A DNA stretch of 64,000 nucleotides. It comes from Eledone cirrhosa (taxonomy: Eukaryota). Below, piece after piece: positions 41,401 through 57,666 of this stretch (its first letter is position 1; each line of letters begins with the position of its first letter). Made by a program: the position numbers and the translations under genes. The stretch is taken from NCBI GenBank assembly GCA_964016885.1, contig OZ024743.1:96162001-96226000 (forward strand). The letters are read 5' to 3'. The notes under the pieces are model-generated. The model saw nothing but the letters and a program-made list of their open reading frames with translations. It ran no database searches and was not told where the DNA came from.

Positions 41401-44400
41401 CAGACAGTATATACTATCTGATGCAGGCAGTATATACTATCTGATGCAGCCAGTATATACTATCTGATGCAGACAGTATATACTATCTAATGCTGACAGT
41501 ATATACTATCTAATGCAGACAGTATATACTATCTGATGCAGGCAGTATATACTGTCTGATGCAGACTGTATATACTATCTGATGCAGGCAGTATATACTA
41601 TCTGATGCAGGCAGTATATACTATCTGATGGAGACAGTATATACTAACTGATGCAGCCAGTATATACTATCTGATGCAGGCAGTATATACTATCTGATGC
41701 AGGCAGTATATACTATCTGATGCAGACAGTATATACTATCTGATGCAGGCAGTATATACTATCTGATGCAGCCAGTATATACTATCTGATGCAGACAGTA
41801 TATACTATCTAATGCAGACAGTATATACTATCTGATGCAGGTAGTATATACTATCTGATGCAGGTAGTATATACTATCTGATGCAGGCAGTATATACTAT
41901 CTGATGCAGGTAGTATATACTATCTGATGCAGGCAGTATATACTATCTGATGCAGACAGTATATACTATCTGATGCAGGCAGTATATACTACCTGATGCA
42001 GGTAGTATATACTATCTGATGCACGCAGTATATACCATCTGATGCAGGCAGTATATACTATCTGATGCAGACAGTATATACTATCTAATGCAGACAGTAT
42101 ATACTATCTGATGCAGACAGTATATACTAACTGATGCAGGCAGTATATACTATCTAATGCAGACAATATATACTATCTGATGCAGACAGTATATACTATC
42201 TGATGCAGGCAGTATATACTATCTGATGCAGGCAGTATATACTATCTGATGCAGCCAGTATATACTATCTGATGCAGACAGTATATACTATCTGATGCAG
42301 ACAGTATATACTATCTAATGCATGCAGTATATACTATCTAATGCAGGTAGTATATACTATCTTATGCAGGCAGTATATACTATCTGATGCAGACAGTATA
42401 TACTATCTGATGCAGGTAGTATATACTATCTGATGCAGACAGTATATACTATCTGGTGCAGACAGTATATACTATCTAATGCAGACAGTATATACTATCT
42501 GATGCAGACAGTATATACTATCTGATGCAGGTAGTATATACTATCTAATGCAGGTAGTATATACTATCTGATGCAGACAGTATATACTATCTGATGCAGA
42601 CAGTATATACTATCTAATGCAGGCAGTATATACTATCTAATGCAGGTAGTATATACTATCTTATGCAGGCAGTATATACTATCTGATGCAGACAGTATAT
42701 ACTATCTGATGCAGGTAGTATATACTATCTAATACAGGCAGTATATACTATCTGATGCAGACAGTATATACTATCTAATGCAGACAGTATATACTATCTA
42801 ATGCAGACAGTATATACTATCTGATGCAGGTAGTATATACTATCTGATGCAGACAGTATATACTATCTAATGCAGACAGTATATACTATCTGATGCAGAC
42901 AGTATATACTAACTGATGCAGGCAGTATATACTATCTGATGCAGACAGTATATACTATCTGATGCAGGCAGTATATACTATCTGATGCAGCCAGTATATA
43001 CTATCTGATGCAGACAGTATATACTATCTAATGCTGACAGTATATACTATCTAATGCAGACAGTATATACTATCTGATGCAGGCAGTATATACTGTCTGA
43101 TGCAGACTGTATATACTATCTGATGCAGGCAGTATATACTATCTGATGCAGGCAGTATATACTATCTGATGGAGACAGTATATACTAACTGATGCAGCCA
43201 GTATATACTATCTGATGCAGGCAGTATATACTATCTGATGCAGGCAGTATATACTATCTGATGCAGACAGTATATACTATCTGATGCAGGCAGTATATAC
43301 TATCTGATGCAGCCAGTATATACTATCTGATGCAGACAGTATATACTATCTAATGCAGACAGTATATACTATCTGATGCAGGTAGTATATACTATCTGAT
43401 GCAGGTAGTATATACTATCTGATGCAGGCAGTATATACTATCTGATGCAGGTAGTATATACTATCTGATGCAGACAGTATATACTATCTGATGCAGGCAG
43501 TATATACTATCTGGTTTAGTCAGTATATACTATCTAATACAGATAGTATATACTATCTGATTCAGGCAGTATATACTATCTGATGTAGACAGTATATACT
43601 ATCTGATGCAGACAGTATATACTATCTGATGCAGGCAGTATATACTATCTGATGCGGGCAGTATATACTATCTGATGCAGGTAGTATATACTATCTGATG
43701 TAGGCAGTATATACTATCTGATACAGGTAGTATATACTATCTGATGCAGGCAGTATATACTATCTGATGCAGGCAGTATATACTATCTGATGCAGGTAGT
43801 ATATACTATCTGATGTAGGCAGTATATACTATCTGATACAGGTAGTATATACTATCTAATGCAGACAGTATATACTATCTGATGCAGGTAGTATATACTA
43901 TCCGATGCAGGCAGTATATACTATCTGATGCAGGCAGTATATACTACCTGATGTAGGTAGTATATACTATCTAATGCAGACAGTATATATTATCTGATGC
44001 AGGCAGTATATACTATCTCATGTAGACAGTATATACTACCTGATGCAGACAGTATATACTATCTGATGCAGGTAGTGTATACTATCTAATGCAGACGACA
44101 GTATATACTATCTGATGCAGGTAGTATATACTATCTGATGCAGGCAGTATATACTATCTGATGCTGGTAGTATATACTATCTGATGTAGACAGTTTATAC
44201 TATCTGATGCAGATAGTATATACTATCTGATGCAGACAGTATATACTATCTGATGCAGGCAGTATATACTATCTGATGCAGGTAGTATATACTATCTGAT
44301 GCACGCAGTATATACTATCTGATGCAGGCAGTATATACTATCTGATGCAGACAGTATATACTATCTGATGCAGACAGTATATACTATCTGATGCAGGCAG

Positions 44401-47400
44401 TATATACTACCTGATGCAGGTAGTATATACTATCTGATGCACGCAGTATATACCATCTGATGCAGGCAGTATATACTATCTGATGCAGACAGTATATACT
44501 ATCTAATGCAGACAGTATATACTATCTGATGCAGACAGTATATACTAACTGATGCAGGCAGTATATACTATCTAATGCAGACAATATATACTATCTGATG
44601 CAGACAGTATATACTATCTGATGCAGGCAGTATATACTATCTGATGCAGGCAGTATATACTATCTGATGCAGCCAGTATATACTATCTGATGCAGACAGT
44701 ATATACTATCTGATGCAGACAGTATATACTATCTAATGCATGCAGTATATACTATCTAATGCAGGTAGTATATACTATCTTATGCAGGCAGTATATACTA
44801 TCTGATGCAGACAGTATATACTATCTGATGCAGGTAGTATATACTATCTGATGCAGACAGTATATACTATCTGGTGCAGACAGTATATACTATCTAATGC
44901 AGACAGTATATACTATCTGATGCAGACAGTATATACTATCTGATGCAGGTAGTATATACTATCTAATGCAGGTAGTATATACTATCTGATGCAGACAGTA
45001 TATACTATCTGATGCAGACAGTATATACTATCTAATGCAGGCAGTATATACTATCTAATGCAGGTAGTATATACTATCTTATGCAGGCAGTATATACTAT
45101 CTGATGCAGACAGTATATACTATCTGATGCAGGTAGTATATACTATCTAATACAGGCAGTATATACTATCTGATGCAGACAGTATATACTATCTAATGCA
45201 GACAGTATATACTATCTAATGCAGACAGTATATACTATCTGATGCAGGTAGTATATACTATCTGATGCAGACAGTATATACTATCTAATGCAGACAGTAT
45301 ATACTATCTGATGCAGACAGTATATACTAACTGATGCAGGCAGTATATACTATCTGATGCAGACAGTATATACTATCTGATGCAGGCAGTATATACTATC
45401 TGATGCAGCCAGTATATACTATCTGATGCAGACAGTATATACTATCTAATGCTGACAGTATATACTATCTAATGCAGACAGTATATACTATCTGATGCAG
45501 GCAGTATATACTGTCTGATGCAGACTGTATATACTATCTGATGCAGGCAGTATATACTATCTGATGCAGGCAGTATATACTATCTGATGGAGACAGTATA
45601 TACTAACTGATGCAGCCAGTATATACTATCTGATGCAGGCAGTATATACTATCTGATGCAGGCAGTATATACTATCTGATGCAGACAGTATATACTATCT
45701 GATGCAGGCAGTATATACTATCTGATGCAGCCAGTATATACTATCTGATGCAGACAGTATATACTATCTAATGCAGACAGTATATACTATCTGATGCAGG
45801 TAGTATATACTATCTGATGCAGGTAGTATATACTATCTGATGCAGGCAGTATATACTATCTGATGCAGGTAGTATATACTATCTGATGCAGACAGTATAT
45901 ACTATCTGATGCAGGCAGTATATACTATCTGGTTTAGTCAGTATATACTATCTAATACAGATAGTATATACTATCTGATTCAGGCAGTATATACTATCTG
46001 ATGTAGACAGTATATACTATCTGATGCAGACAGTATATACTATCTGATGCAGGCAGTATATACTATCTGATGCGGGCAGTATATACTATCTGATGCAGGT
46101 AGTATATACTATCTGATGTAGGCAGTATATACTATCTGATACAGGTAGTATATACTATCTGATGCAGGCAGTATATACTATCTGATGCAGGCAGTATATA
46201 CTATCTGATGCAGGTAGTATATACTATCTGATGTAGGCAGTATATACTATCTGATACAGGTAGTATATACTATCTAATGCAGACAGTATATACTATCTGA
46301 TGCAGGTAGTATATACTATCCGATGCAGGCAGTATATACTATCTGATGCAGGCAGTATATACTACCTGATGTAGGTAGTATATACTATCTAATGCAGACA
46401 GTATATATTATCTGATGCAGGCAGTATATACTATCTCATGTAGACAGTATATACTACCTGATGCAGACAGTATATACTATCTGATGCAGGTAGTGTATAC
46501 TATCTAATGCAGACGACAGTATATACTATCTGATGCAGGTAGTATATACTATCTGATGCAGGCAGTATATACTATCTGATGCTGGTAGTATATACTATCT
46601 GATGTAGACAGTTTATACTATCTGATGCAGATAGTATATACTATCTGATGCAGACAGTATATACTATCTGATGCAGGCAGTATATACTATCTGATGCAGG
46701 TAGTATATACTATCTGATGCACGCAGTATATACTATCTGATGCAGGCAGTATATACTATCTGATGCAGACAGTATATACTATCTAATGCAGACAGTATAT
46801 ACTATCTGATGCAGACAGTATATACTAACTGATGCAGGCAGTATATACTATCTAATGCAGACAGTATATACTATCTGATGCAGACAGTATATACTATCTG
46901 ATGCAGGCAGTATATACTATCTGATGCAGGCAGTATATACTATCTGATGCAGCCAGTATATACTATCTGATGTAGACAGTATATACTATCTGATGCAGAC
47001 AGTATATACTATCTAATGCATGCAGTATATACTATCTAATGCAGGTAGTATATACTATCTTATGCAGGCAGTATATACTATCTGATGCAGACAGTATATA
47101 CTATCTAATGCAGACAGTATATACTATCTGATGCAGACAGTATATACTATCTGATGCAGGTAGTATATACTATCTAATGCAGGTAGTATATACTATCTGA
47201 TGCAGACAGTATATACTATCTGATGCAGACAGTATATACTATCTAATGCAGGCAGTATATACTATCTAATGCAGGTAGTATATACTATCATATGCAGGCA
47301 GTATATACTATCTGATGCAGACAGTATATACTATCTGATGCAGGTAGTTTATACTATCTAATGCAGGCAGTATATACTATCTGATGCAGACAGTATATAC

Positions 47401-50400
47401 TATCTAATGCAGACAGTATATACTATCTGATGCAGGTAGTATATACTATCTGATGCAGACAGTATATACTATCTAATGCAGACAGTATATACTATCTGAT
47501 GCAGACAGTTTATACTAACTGATGCAGGCAGTATATACTATCTGATGCAGACAGTATATACTATCTGATGCAGGCAGTATATACTATCTGATGCAGCCAG
47601 TATATACTATCTGATGCAGACAGTATATACTATCTAATGCAGACAGTATATACTATCTAATGCAGACAGTATATACTATCTGATGCAGGCAGTATATACT
47701 GTCTGATGCAGACTGTATATACTATCTGATGCAGGCAGTATATACTATCTGATGCAGGCAGTATATACTATCTGATGCAGACAGTATATACTATCTGATG
47801 CAGGCAGTATATACTATCTGATGCAGACAGTATATACTATCTGATGCAGCCAGTATATACTATCTGATGCAGGCAGTATATACTATCTGATGCAGACAGT
47901 ATATACTATCTGATGCAGCCAGTATATACTATCTGATGCAGACAGTATATACTATCTAATGCTGACAGTATATACTATCTAATGCAGACAGTATATACTA
48001 TCTGATGCAGCCAGTATATACTATCTGATGCAGACAGTATATACTATCTAATGCTGACTGTATATACTATCTAATGCAGACAGTATATACTATCTGATGC
48101 AGGCAGTATATACTGTCTGATGCAGACTGTATATACTATCTGATGCAGACAGTATATACTAACTGATGCAGGCAGTATATACTATCTGATGCAGGCAGTA
48201 TATACTATCTGATGCAGGCAGTATATACTATCTGATGCAGACAGTATATACTATCTGATGCAGGCAGTATATACTATCTGATGCAGGCAGTATATACTAT
48301 CTGATGCAGCCAGTATATACTATCTGATGCAGACAGTATATACTATCTAATGCAGACAGTATATACTATCTGATGCAGGTAGTATATACTATCTGATGCA
48401 GGTAGTATATACTATCTGATGCAGGCAGTATATACTATCTGATGCAGGTAGTATATACTATCTGATGCAGACAGTATATACTATCTGATGCAGGCAGTAT
48501 ATACTATCTGGTTTAGTCAGTATATACTATCTAATACAGATAGTATATACTATCTGATTCAGGCAGTATATACTATCTGATGTAGACAGTATATACTATC
48601 TGATGCAGACAGTATATACTATCTGATGCAGGCAGTATATACTATCTGATGCGGGCAGTATATACTATCTGATGCAGGTAGTATATACTATCTGATGCAG
48701 ACAGTATATACTATCTGATGCAGGCAGTATATACTGTCTGATGCAGGCAGTATATACTATCTGATGCAGGCAGTATAGACTGTCTGATGCAGGCAGTATA
48801 TACTATCTGATGCAGGCAGTATATACTATCTGATGCAGGCAGTATATACTATCTGATGCAGACAGTATATACTATCTGATGCAGGCAGTATATACTATCT
48901 GATGCAGACAGTATATACTATCTGATGCAGCCAGTATATACTATCTGATGCAGGCAGTATATACTATCTGATGCAGACAGCATATACTATCTGATGCAGC
49001 CAGTATATACTATCTGATGCAGACAGTATATACTATCTAATGCTGACAGTATATACTATCTAATGCAGACAGTATATACTATCTGATGCAGCCAGTATAT
49101 ACTATCTGATGCAGACAGTATATACTATCTAATGCTGACTGTATATACTATCTAATGCAGACAGTATATACTATCTGATGCAGGCAGTATATACTGTCTG
49201 ATGCAGACTGTATATACTATCTGATGCAGACAGTATATACTAACTGATGCAGGCAGTATATACTATCTGATGCAGGCAGTATATACTATCTGATGCAGGC
49301 AGTATATACTATCTGATGCAGACAGTATATACTATCTGATGCAGGCAGTATATACTATCTGATGCAGGCAGTATATACTATCTGATGCAGCCAGTATATA
49401 CTATCTGATGCAGACAGTATATACTATCTAATGCAGACAGTATATACTATCTGATGCAGGTAGTATATACTATCTGATGCAGGTAGTATATACTATCTGA
49501 TGCAGGCAGTATATACTATCTGATGCAGGTAGTATATACTATCTGATGCAGACAGTATATACTATCTGATGCAGGCAGTATATACTATCTGGTTTAGTCA
49601 GTATATACTATCTAATACAGATAGTATATACTATCTGATGCAGGCAGTATAGACTGTCTGATGCAGGCAGTATATACTATCTGATGCTGGTAGTATATAC
49701 TATCTTATGTAGACAGTTTATACTATCTGATGCAGACAGTATATACTATCTGATGCAGACAGTATATACTATCTGATGCAGGCAGTATATACTATCTGAT
49801 GCAGGTAGTATATACTATCTGATGCACGCAGTATATACTATCTGATGCAGGCAGTATATACTATCTGATGCAGACAGTATATACTATCTAATGCAGACAG
49901 TATATACTATCTGATGCAGACAGTATATACTAACTGATGCAGGCAGTATATACTATCTAATGCAGACAGTATATACTATCTGATGCAGACAGTATATACT
50001 ATCTAATGCAGGTAGTATATACTATCTAATGCAGGCAGTATATACTATCTGATGCAGACAGTATATACTATCTGATGCAGACAGTATATACTATCTAATG
50101 CAGGCAGTATATACTATCTAATGCAGGTAGTATATACTATCTTATGCAGGCAGTATATACTATCTGATGCAGACAGTATATACTATCTGATGCAGGTAGT
50201 ATATACTATCTAATGCAGGCAGTATATACTATCTGATGCAGACAGTATATACTATCTAATGCAGACAGTATATACTATCTAATGCAGACAGTATATACTA
50301 TCTGATGCAGGTAGTATATACTATCTGATGCAGACAGTATATACTATCTAATGCAGACAGTATATACTATCTGATGCAGACAGTATATACTAACTGATGC

Positions 50401-51344
50401 AGCCAGTCTATACTATCTGATGCAGGCAGTATATACTATCTAATGCAGACAGTATATACTATCTAATGCAGACAGTATATACTATCTGATGCAGGCAGTA
50501 TATACTGTCTGATGCAGGCTGTTTATACTATCTGATGCAGGCAGTATATACTATCTGATGCAGGCAGTATATACTATCTGATGCAGACCGTATATACTAA
50601 CTGATGCAGGCAGTATATACTATCTGATGCAGGCAGTATATACTATCTGATGCAGGCAGTATATACTATCTGATGCAGACAGTATATACTATCTGATGCA
50701 GGCAGTATATACTATCTGATGCAGGCAGTATATACTATCTGATGCAGCGAGTATATACTATCTGATGCAGACAGTATATACTATCTAATGCAGACAGTAT
50801 ATACTATCTGATGCAGGCAGTATATACTATCTGATGCAGCCAGTATATACTATCTGATGCAGACAGTATATACTATCTAATGCAGACAGTATATACTATC
50901 TAATGCAGACAGTATATACTATCTGATGCAGACAGTATATACTATCTAATGCAGACAGTATATACTATCTGATGCAGACAGTATATACTAACTGATGCAG
51001 GCAGTATATACTATCTAATGCAGACAGTATATACTATCTAATGCAGACAGTATATACTATCTGATGCAGACAGTATATACTATCTAATGCAGACAGTATA
51101 TACTATCTAATGCAGACAGTATATACTATCTGATGCAGACAGTATATACTATCTAATGCAGACAGTATATACTATCTGATGCAGACAGTATATACTATCT
51201 AATGCAGACAGTATATACTATCTGATGCAGACAGTATATACTAACTGATGCAGGCAGTATATACTATCTAATGCAGACAGTATATACTATCTGATGCAGG
51301 CAGTATATACTATCTAATGCAGGCAGTATATACTATCTGATGCA
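29431..51344. repeat. ~21.9-kb satellite array of a 23-bp unit (tctgatgcagRYagtatatacta), roughly 950 copies
   Basis: Direct observation; the unit contains the palindrome tagtatatacta; higher-order duplications are visible from rare variants. Confidence 0.98.
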
Positions 51345-53207
51345 ACTTGTTTGTTCCGGAATTCTGCATTATGTGTTCGAATCCTGCCGTGGCCTACTTT
51401 ACCTTTCATCCTTTTGATGTTGATAAAAAATAAGTACCAACCTGATGCTGGTGTATCCCTTCTTTCAGCTGTCACATCCTGGATGTTCCGCTAGATGAAA
51501 GGAGAGAGATGGTCAAGATAGTGTTTACGTCTACTCCCAACTGCATGGGCACATAAAAGACAGAGTGACAGCCTAGTACATACTACCAAGTCATACACCA
51601 AGTCATTTGCAGTACTAACCACTACGTATAGACCTCTCTCCCCAGAACCACAATCCTCTTAAACCCCAAACCTTCATTTTTTCTTAGTTTGTTTGTCTTG
51701 TCCTGCAGCCGTTGGTTAATGCTATCCAACACACCGCTCTCTGGGGGCCTGCGAAAGCCATGAGCACGGTCCCTTCTTCCAAACTGAGCCAATGAAAAGA
51801 AGAACATGTATTTTATAGAATTCAAATATAATCAATCACAATATATACCCAGGTTCCGTGGTTGGAAGTCGATATTAAGGATTCACCTTCGGTGGGACTT
51901 TTTTTTTTTTGTAAAAGAAAAGAGAATAATTGCGGAGAAGGTTGTTCCGTTGCTCGAACAACTGGTACACATATTGTCGAAGTCGACGGAGATCCATTGC
52001 TCCACTCCTGTATTTTAGATGTGCGCCGACATTTCTTTGGTTCTTCCAATTGTTGTTGCATGCGTTTCTCTTTTTTTTTTCAAGGTTAATTATGACCGGA
52101 TGATATTGATAGATATGCGAATAATAACGTCTGTTAAATAAATAGTTTAAAATAAATATCTCCTATAGATACAAAAGGAATAGAATTGTATTGGTATTCA
52201 TAAAACTACTTGACAAAACTGAGTATCAATATTTTGAAAGCCGATTCTAACAAATTAAACATGAAATGCCACAATACTTTGTTTGAAAATACATTTCTTC
52301 TTGTTTAAAAGTGCATTTCTTCTACGTTTGCTCATAGTTTATAGTTCCATTGCATGATGAATTTAACCCAAACCAATCATGTTCTGTCAATGTATATATA
52401 TTCTTCGTCCTATCCAAACATCAATCATATTTATGACTTTTGAGTTCTTAATGTAGGATTTTATATGCTTCTTGCCTTTTCTTTTACGACATTACTCCTC
52501 CTGGTCGTATTCGTTTTAGCATAGGAAGCAGTCATGCAGGAAGACAAAAATCTAAATTACGCCGCGTTGTTTACTATCTTACAATGTAATACGTGATCAA
52601 TATCAGAGGCCGTACAACATAGAAAGTAATATTCATTTTATAATGTTCCTTGATAAAACATTCTCAATCTAATAAAAATGACACTTATGTATTCTGATCT
52701 AAGCGACTGCTTTCCACTTATGTACACCAATGAAATATTTTTGACAAGTGTTTCCTCTTGTGTGCTTGATTATAAAAAAATTGTTTATCTTTCACCAACC
52801 AATATCTCCACATTTATGTGTCCTGTACGAATAAATATAAAACATATTTACAGTTGTATATAGGTAAAATCGAATGGAGCCTCGAGCAGCGTTAAATGTG
52901 TATAGTTCCGATTTTAAGTACATTTTGTTAAGATTTTGATAACTGGCTATATTATTAAAGAATTACATTTTATTAGCTGTTATATTCGGATAGTTAATAA
53001 TATTATAATTGTTTCTACTTTTGGGCACAAGGCCAGCCATTACCCAGTACATTCTGGTAATAATATTATAATGTGATATATATGTATATATATGTGTGTG
53101 TGTGTGTAATAGGGGAAGATGAATCTTTTATTTTGTCAACTCTATTTTATTTCCTATTATGCTGCATAAATACACACTCTCACACACACGCAAACACACA
53201 CACACAC

Positions 53208-53254
<47 letters not shown>

Positions 53255-54231
53255 CGTGTTCCGTCTCTTTTCCTATTTTTGAATGATTTTAGTCACGCAG
53301 GACATTTTTTTTATTGATATTTTTTTTTACACCGACTGCTATCTTTTTCTTTTCTCTGATGAAGGAATTTCTTCCAATATTGGTTGTCTTAATTTATTAA
53401 GATAATTAATATTGTTTCTTAATTCATACGAGCGAAACTTTGTAATATTAGTTTCTCTACCTTATATTCCCCCTGCCCGCCCAATGGATATTTTGGCAGT
53501 AGTTAAACTAAGTTTATATAGTTTTGTGGATGTTCGTTTTCTAATTTCTGAGTAAAAAGCGAACACACAGAGACAACATCCATATGTATATGTGTCTGTG
53601 TGTATGTGTGCGTGTGTGTGTATATGTGTGTATGTGTATTAGAGTAACAGCAGTGTAAATGGAGAAACATGCGATGTGTTTATGTAAAATGATTTCTAAT
53701 TTAGGCTTAAGGCCAGAAAACTAGAAAAAGAGGAAAATCGATTAGAATGACCCAGGATATTACTGGTACTTTATTTCACCGACCTTGAAAAGTTGAAAGG
53801 AAAAGATAACCTCTGCGGAACTTGAATTTAGAACGTAAACAGCAAATGTAGCTATGTATTTGTTCGACACTCTCATGACTTTACCAACCCACCAATAAGC
53901 ATATAAGTCTCGCTATGAGCGTTTTAAGCAGTGATCATGTCACAGCTATCTCAGTTTTGACGTGAGAATAACAGACACTAGTGTTGCAAGATGTTTATCC
54001 ATCATCGGGGACGTTTACTAACTCGGTACTGAGATAAGCTATAACACGTATACTTTGATATTCATTTGCATATAGTGCTAGCTTGACGTACTTAGATTAA
54101 TTACAATTGTTCGCGGTATGGTGAACTAACTGTTTTGTAACCACTTCTACCTAACTCGTCCCATGGACTGAGTGCTCTATCACTACGGATATTACCTTCC
54201 AGTATTCTACCAATATATATATATATATATT

Positions 54232-54408
54232 AGAAAGTGACAAAATGAAAAATAACCGAGGTGTCCTACACGAGTGAAAGTATAAAGAAAAAAAGATGAA
54301 ATCGGAAATGCAACTGGAGTCTTATTTTTAAAAAAGTATATATATTTATTTGGTTCCTTTACCGGTTTCGCAGTTGCATTTCCGATTTCATCTTTTTTTC
54401 TTTATATA
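54232..54408 (-). mobile_element. Fold-back insertion in (TA)n with a half-hammerhead (CGAAACCGGTA)
   Basis: ~36-bp inverted repeat 54281-54316 / 54370-54405; minus strand has gcGAAAccggTA at 54360-54371. Confidence 0.6.
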
Positions 54409-54426
54409 TATATATATATATATATT

Positions 54427-54911
<485 letters not shown>

Positions 54912-55639
54912 TCTCCTTTCACCACTTTCACTTTAACTCTTTTCCCCTCACCTCTATCTTTCCTCTATCCTACCTTCCAACCCCAGCTGCTCTTCATTTG
55001 TGTTTGATGTGTTAAATGTCACATCTAGTTAATACTTGACAGCTTTGTTGTTTTATTCTATTGTCATTTTTTATTTCCTTTCTTAAAATTTGATGGCAGA
55101 AAAAATGGCTGTAGCAATTTTAAGCTTGCAACAAATTAAAATATCGATTTCTCTCGCTAGACACACATCCACAGATTTATAGAAGATTAGAAATGAAGTA
55201 TTATGACAGTCATGCCTTTCCTCATAACACATAGAAGAGATCTCTGTCGGTTTCAGCAATTAGTTATCTAGTTCTATCAATGTATTACTCGTGAATTAAT
55301 GAGTACTTGGCTGAGCACTCCACAGATACGTCTGTCCTTAACGTAATTCTCTGAAGAAATCAGTGTGACATAGTCTGTGACAAGGCCGGTCCTTTAAATT
55401 ACAGGTACCATCCATCCGACGGGCTTCTAATCAGTTTCCGTTCACTCACGTGACAAGTTTATCCGACTCTATGGTAAATGATAAGTGCAAAAACTGCCAA
55501 GCAGTGAGGTCGAACTCGGGACCTAATGATTGCGAAGTGAACTTCTTAACCACTCGGCTGTACTACGTCTACTTATATCTCTAAAGGTCGCCAGTGAAAC
55601 AATATTGAGTAACAGCTGAAGATTTTCTTTTCTATTAAT

Positions 55640-55860
55640 AACATAACTGTTGTGCAGAGAATAGAAGGGTGTGGTAAAATACCAGGTGGACCAAAATCCA
55701 CCAGAGTACTCGATACTTGGGGTAGTAGAGTGGGGCATATGAAAATATTCAGGACCCCGACGGCTGAGCTCCGACCGTTTCGACAGCTAGATCCGAGCAT
55801 TCGGATCTAGCTGTCGAAATGGCCGGAGCTCGGCCGTCGGGGTCCTGAATATTTTCATAT
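55640..55860 (-). mobile_element. Family A fold-back element, diverged subfamily
   Basis: 60-bp arms 55737-55796 / 55801-55860 with a 4-nt loop; tail homologous to 3915-3990. Confidence 0.75.
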
Positions 55861-55924
55861 ATATATAGAGAGAGAGAGAGATTATACCAGTTTTAAATAA
55901 ACTAGTAAGGCCATTATTCGGCAG

Positions 55925-55968
<44 letters not shown>

Positions 55969-56291
55969 TCATTTCATTTTACGTCCGCTTTTTCCCTGCT
56001 TGCAAGGGTGGGACGGGAACTGATTCTGGCTTGATTTCTACAGCCCTTCCTAACACCAACCTCATTTACAGTGAGTGCTGTGTGCTTTTTTGCCGTGGCA
56101 CCTACACGTCCACTTTACAGTGGGATGATAGGGACACCAGTCCCTATCATCTCATTTCTACAGGTGAGTAAACTGGAGCAATGTGAAATAAAGTGTCTTG
56201 CTCAAGGAAACAACACATCACCCGGTCTGAGAATTGAACTCACAACCTTTCGATTGCAAGGCAAATGCTCTAACCACTAAACCATGTGCAT

Positions 56292-56344
<53 letters not shown>

Positions 56345-56348
<4 letters not shown>

Positions 56349-57231
56349 ATTGAGGTTGGTAATGGCACATGGAATATATAAGAGACAGAATACTTTTTTG
56401 TGAAAAAACATATAATTTTATAAGGTAAGGAAATAATAAAGGGTATAAAAAATGACCGGTTTCGATGGGTCTGCAAAAGCCATCTTTTCAAATGTTGATT
56501 AATATTAAGAACAATTAATAATAAGAAGAGTTAAAATTTGAGATTTGAAAATTCAAGTATAAAATCCATTGTGGGATTTCATAGTAGTTTTCATCTTGGT
56601 AGCAGCAAGTTGACTGCTGTGTGACTTTCTGGTGGTGAATGAGGAGTTATTTGGGGGTGTGGGTTATTTTATAAAGGTCAGATTTAGCAATGGCCAGATG
56701 GCCAGCTGCTGGTCAGTGAGGGGGTGGAAGCAATATACATACATATATTCCTTAAGAAATTTAAACCAAAACTAAACGGGTTATCACCCCAATAGAATTG
56801 TCATAAAATATAAACTCACATACGCACGGAGTGACAGATATATGTGTTTGTATGTGTGCATGTATATAATTATCACTACTATTAAAGACCAGAGACCAAT
56901 TCTGTAGAATCAGGTTTATTCGTTGACAGACCATGCCTTTGTGTGACCAACACATCCATGTTAAACCCTGCACGTGCACACACATATATCTATATATGCG
57001 CACACAGAATTCACCACTGTCGGTTGCGGGGCCCAATCTACATGAAGAACTCAATGTGATCAGAATGACTTGTATTTTAATTTCACTGTCCTAACTTCTT
57101 ATATTATGGAAAAAATATATGTGTATGTATATATATATATATATTTGGAGGCCATTTCTCTATGTGTGTGGGTGTATGTATGTATATGTGTGTGTGTGTG
57201 TATGTGTGTGCATGTGGATGTATGTATTGTT

Positions 57232-57277
<46 letters not shown>

Positions 57278-57460
57278 TATCTGGATGTATGCGTATGTGT
57301 ATATATATGTGTGTGTGTGTATATATATGTGTGTGTATGTGTATATATATATGTCTGTGTGTGTGTTTGTATGTGTGTATGTATATATATGTGTGTGTGT
57401 GTATGTATGTGTGGGTGTGTGTGTATATATATATATGTGTGTATATATGTGTATGTACAC

Positions 57461-57500
<40 letters not shown>

Positions 57501-57633
57501 ATGTATGTGTGTATCTGGATGTATGTGTATGTATATATATATGTGTGTATATATATATGTGTGTGTATGTGTATATATATGTGTGTGTGTATGTGTGTAT
57601 GTATATGTATGTGTGTATGTATGTGTGTATATG

Positions 57634-57666
<33 letters not shown>

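Noticed and set aside
29431-51344. CRISPR array, or hammerhead array (ctgatg resembles CUGAUGA)
   Set aside because: Units are contiguous with no unique spacers and no cas genes are present; the unit reads ctgatgc and has no GAAA partner
51622-51825. 67-aa minus ORF as a host exon or LINE ORF1 esterase fragment
   Set aside because: Only a vague resemblance with no diagnostic motif; needs BLASTX
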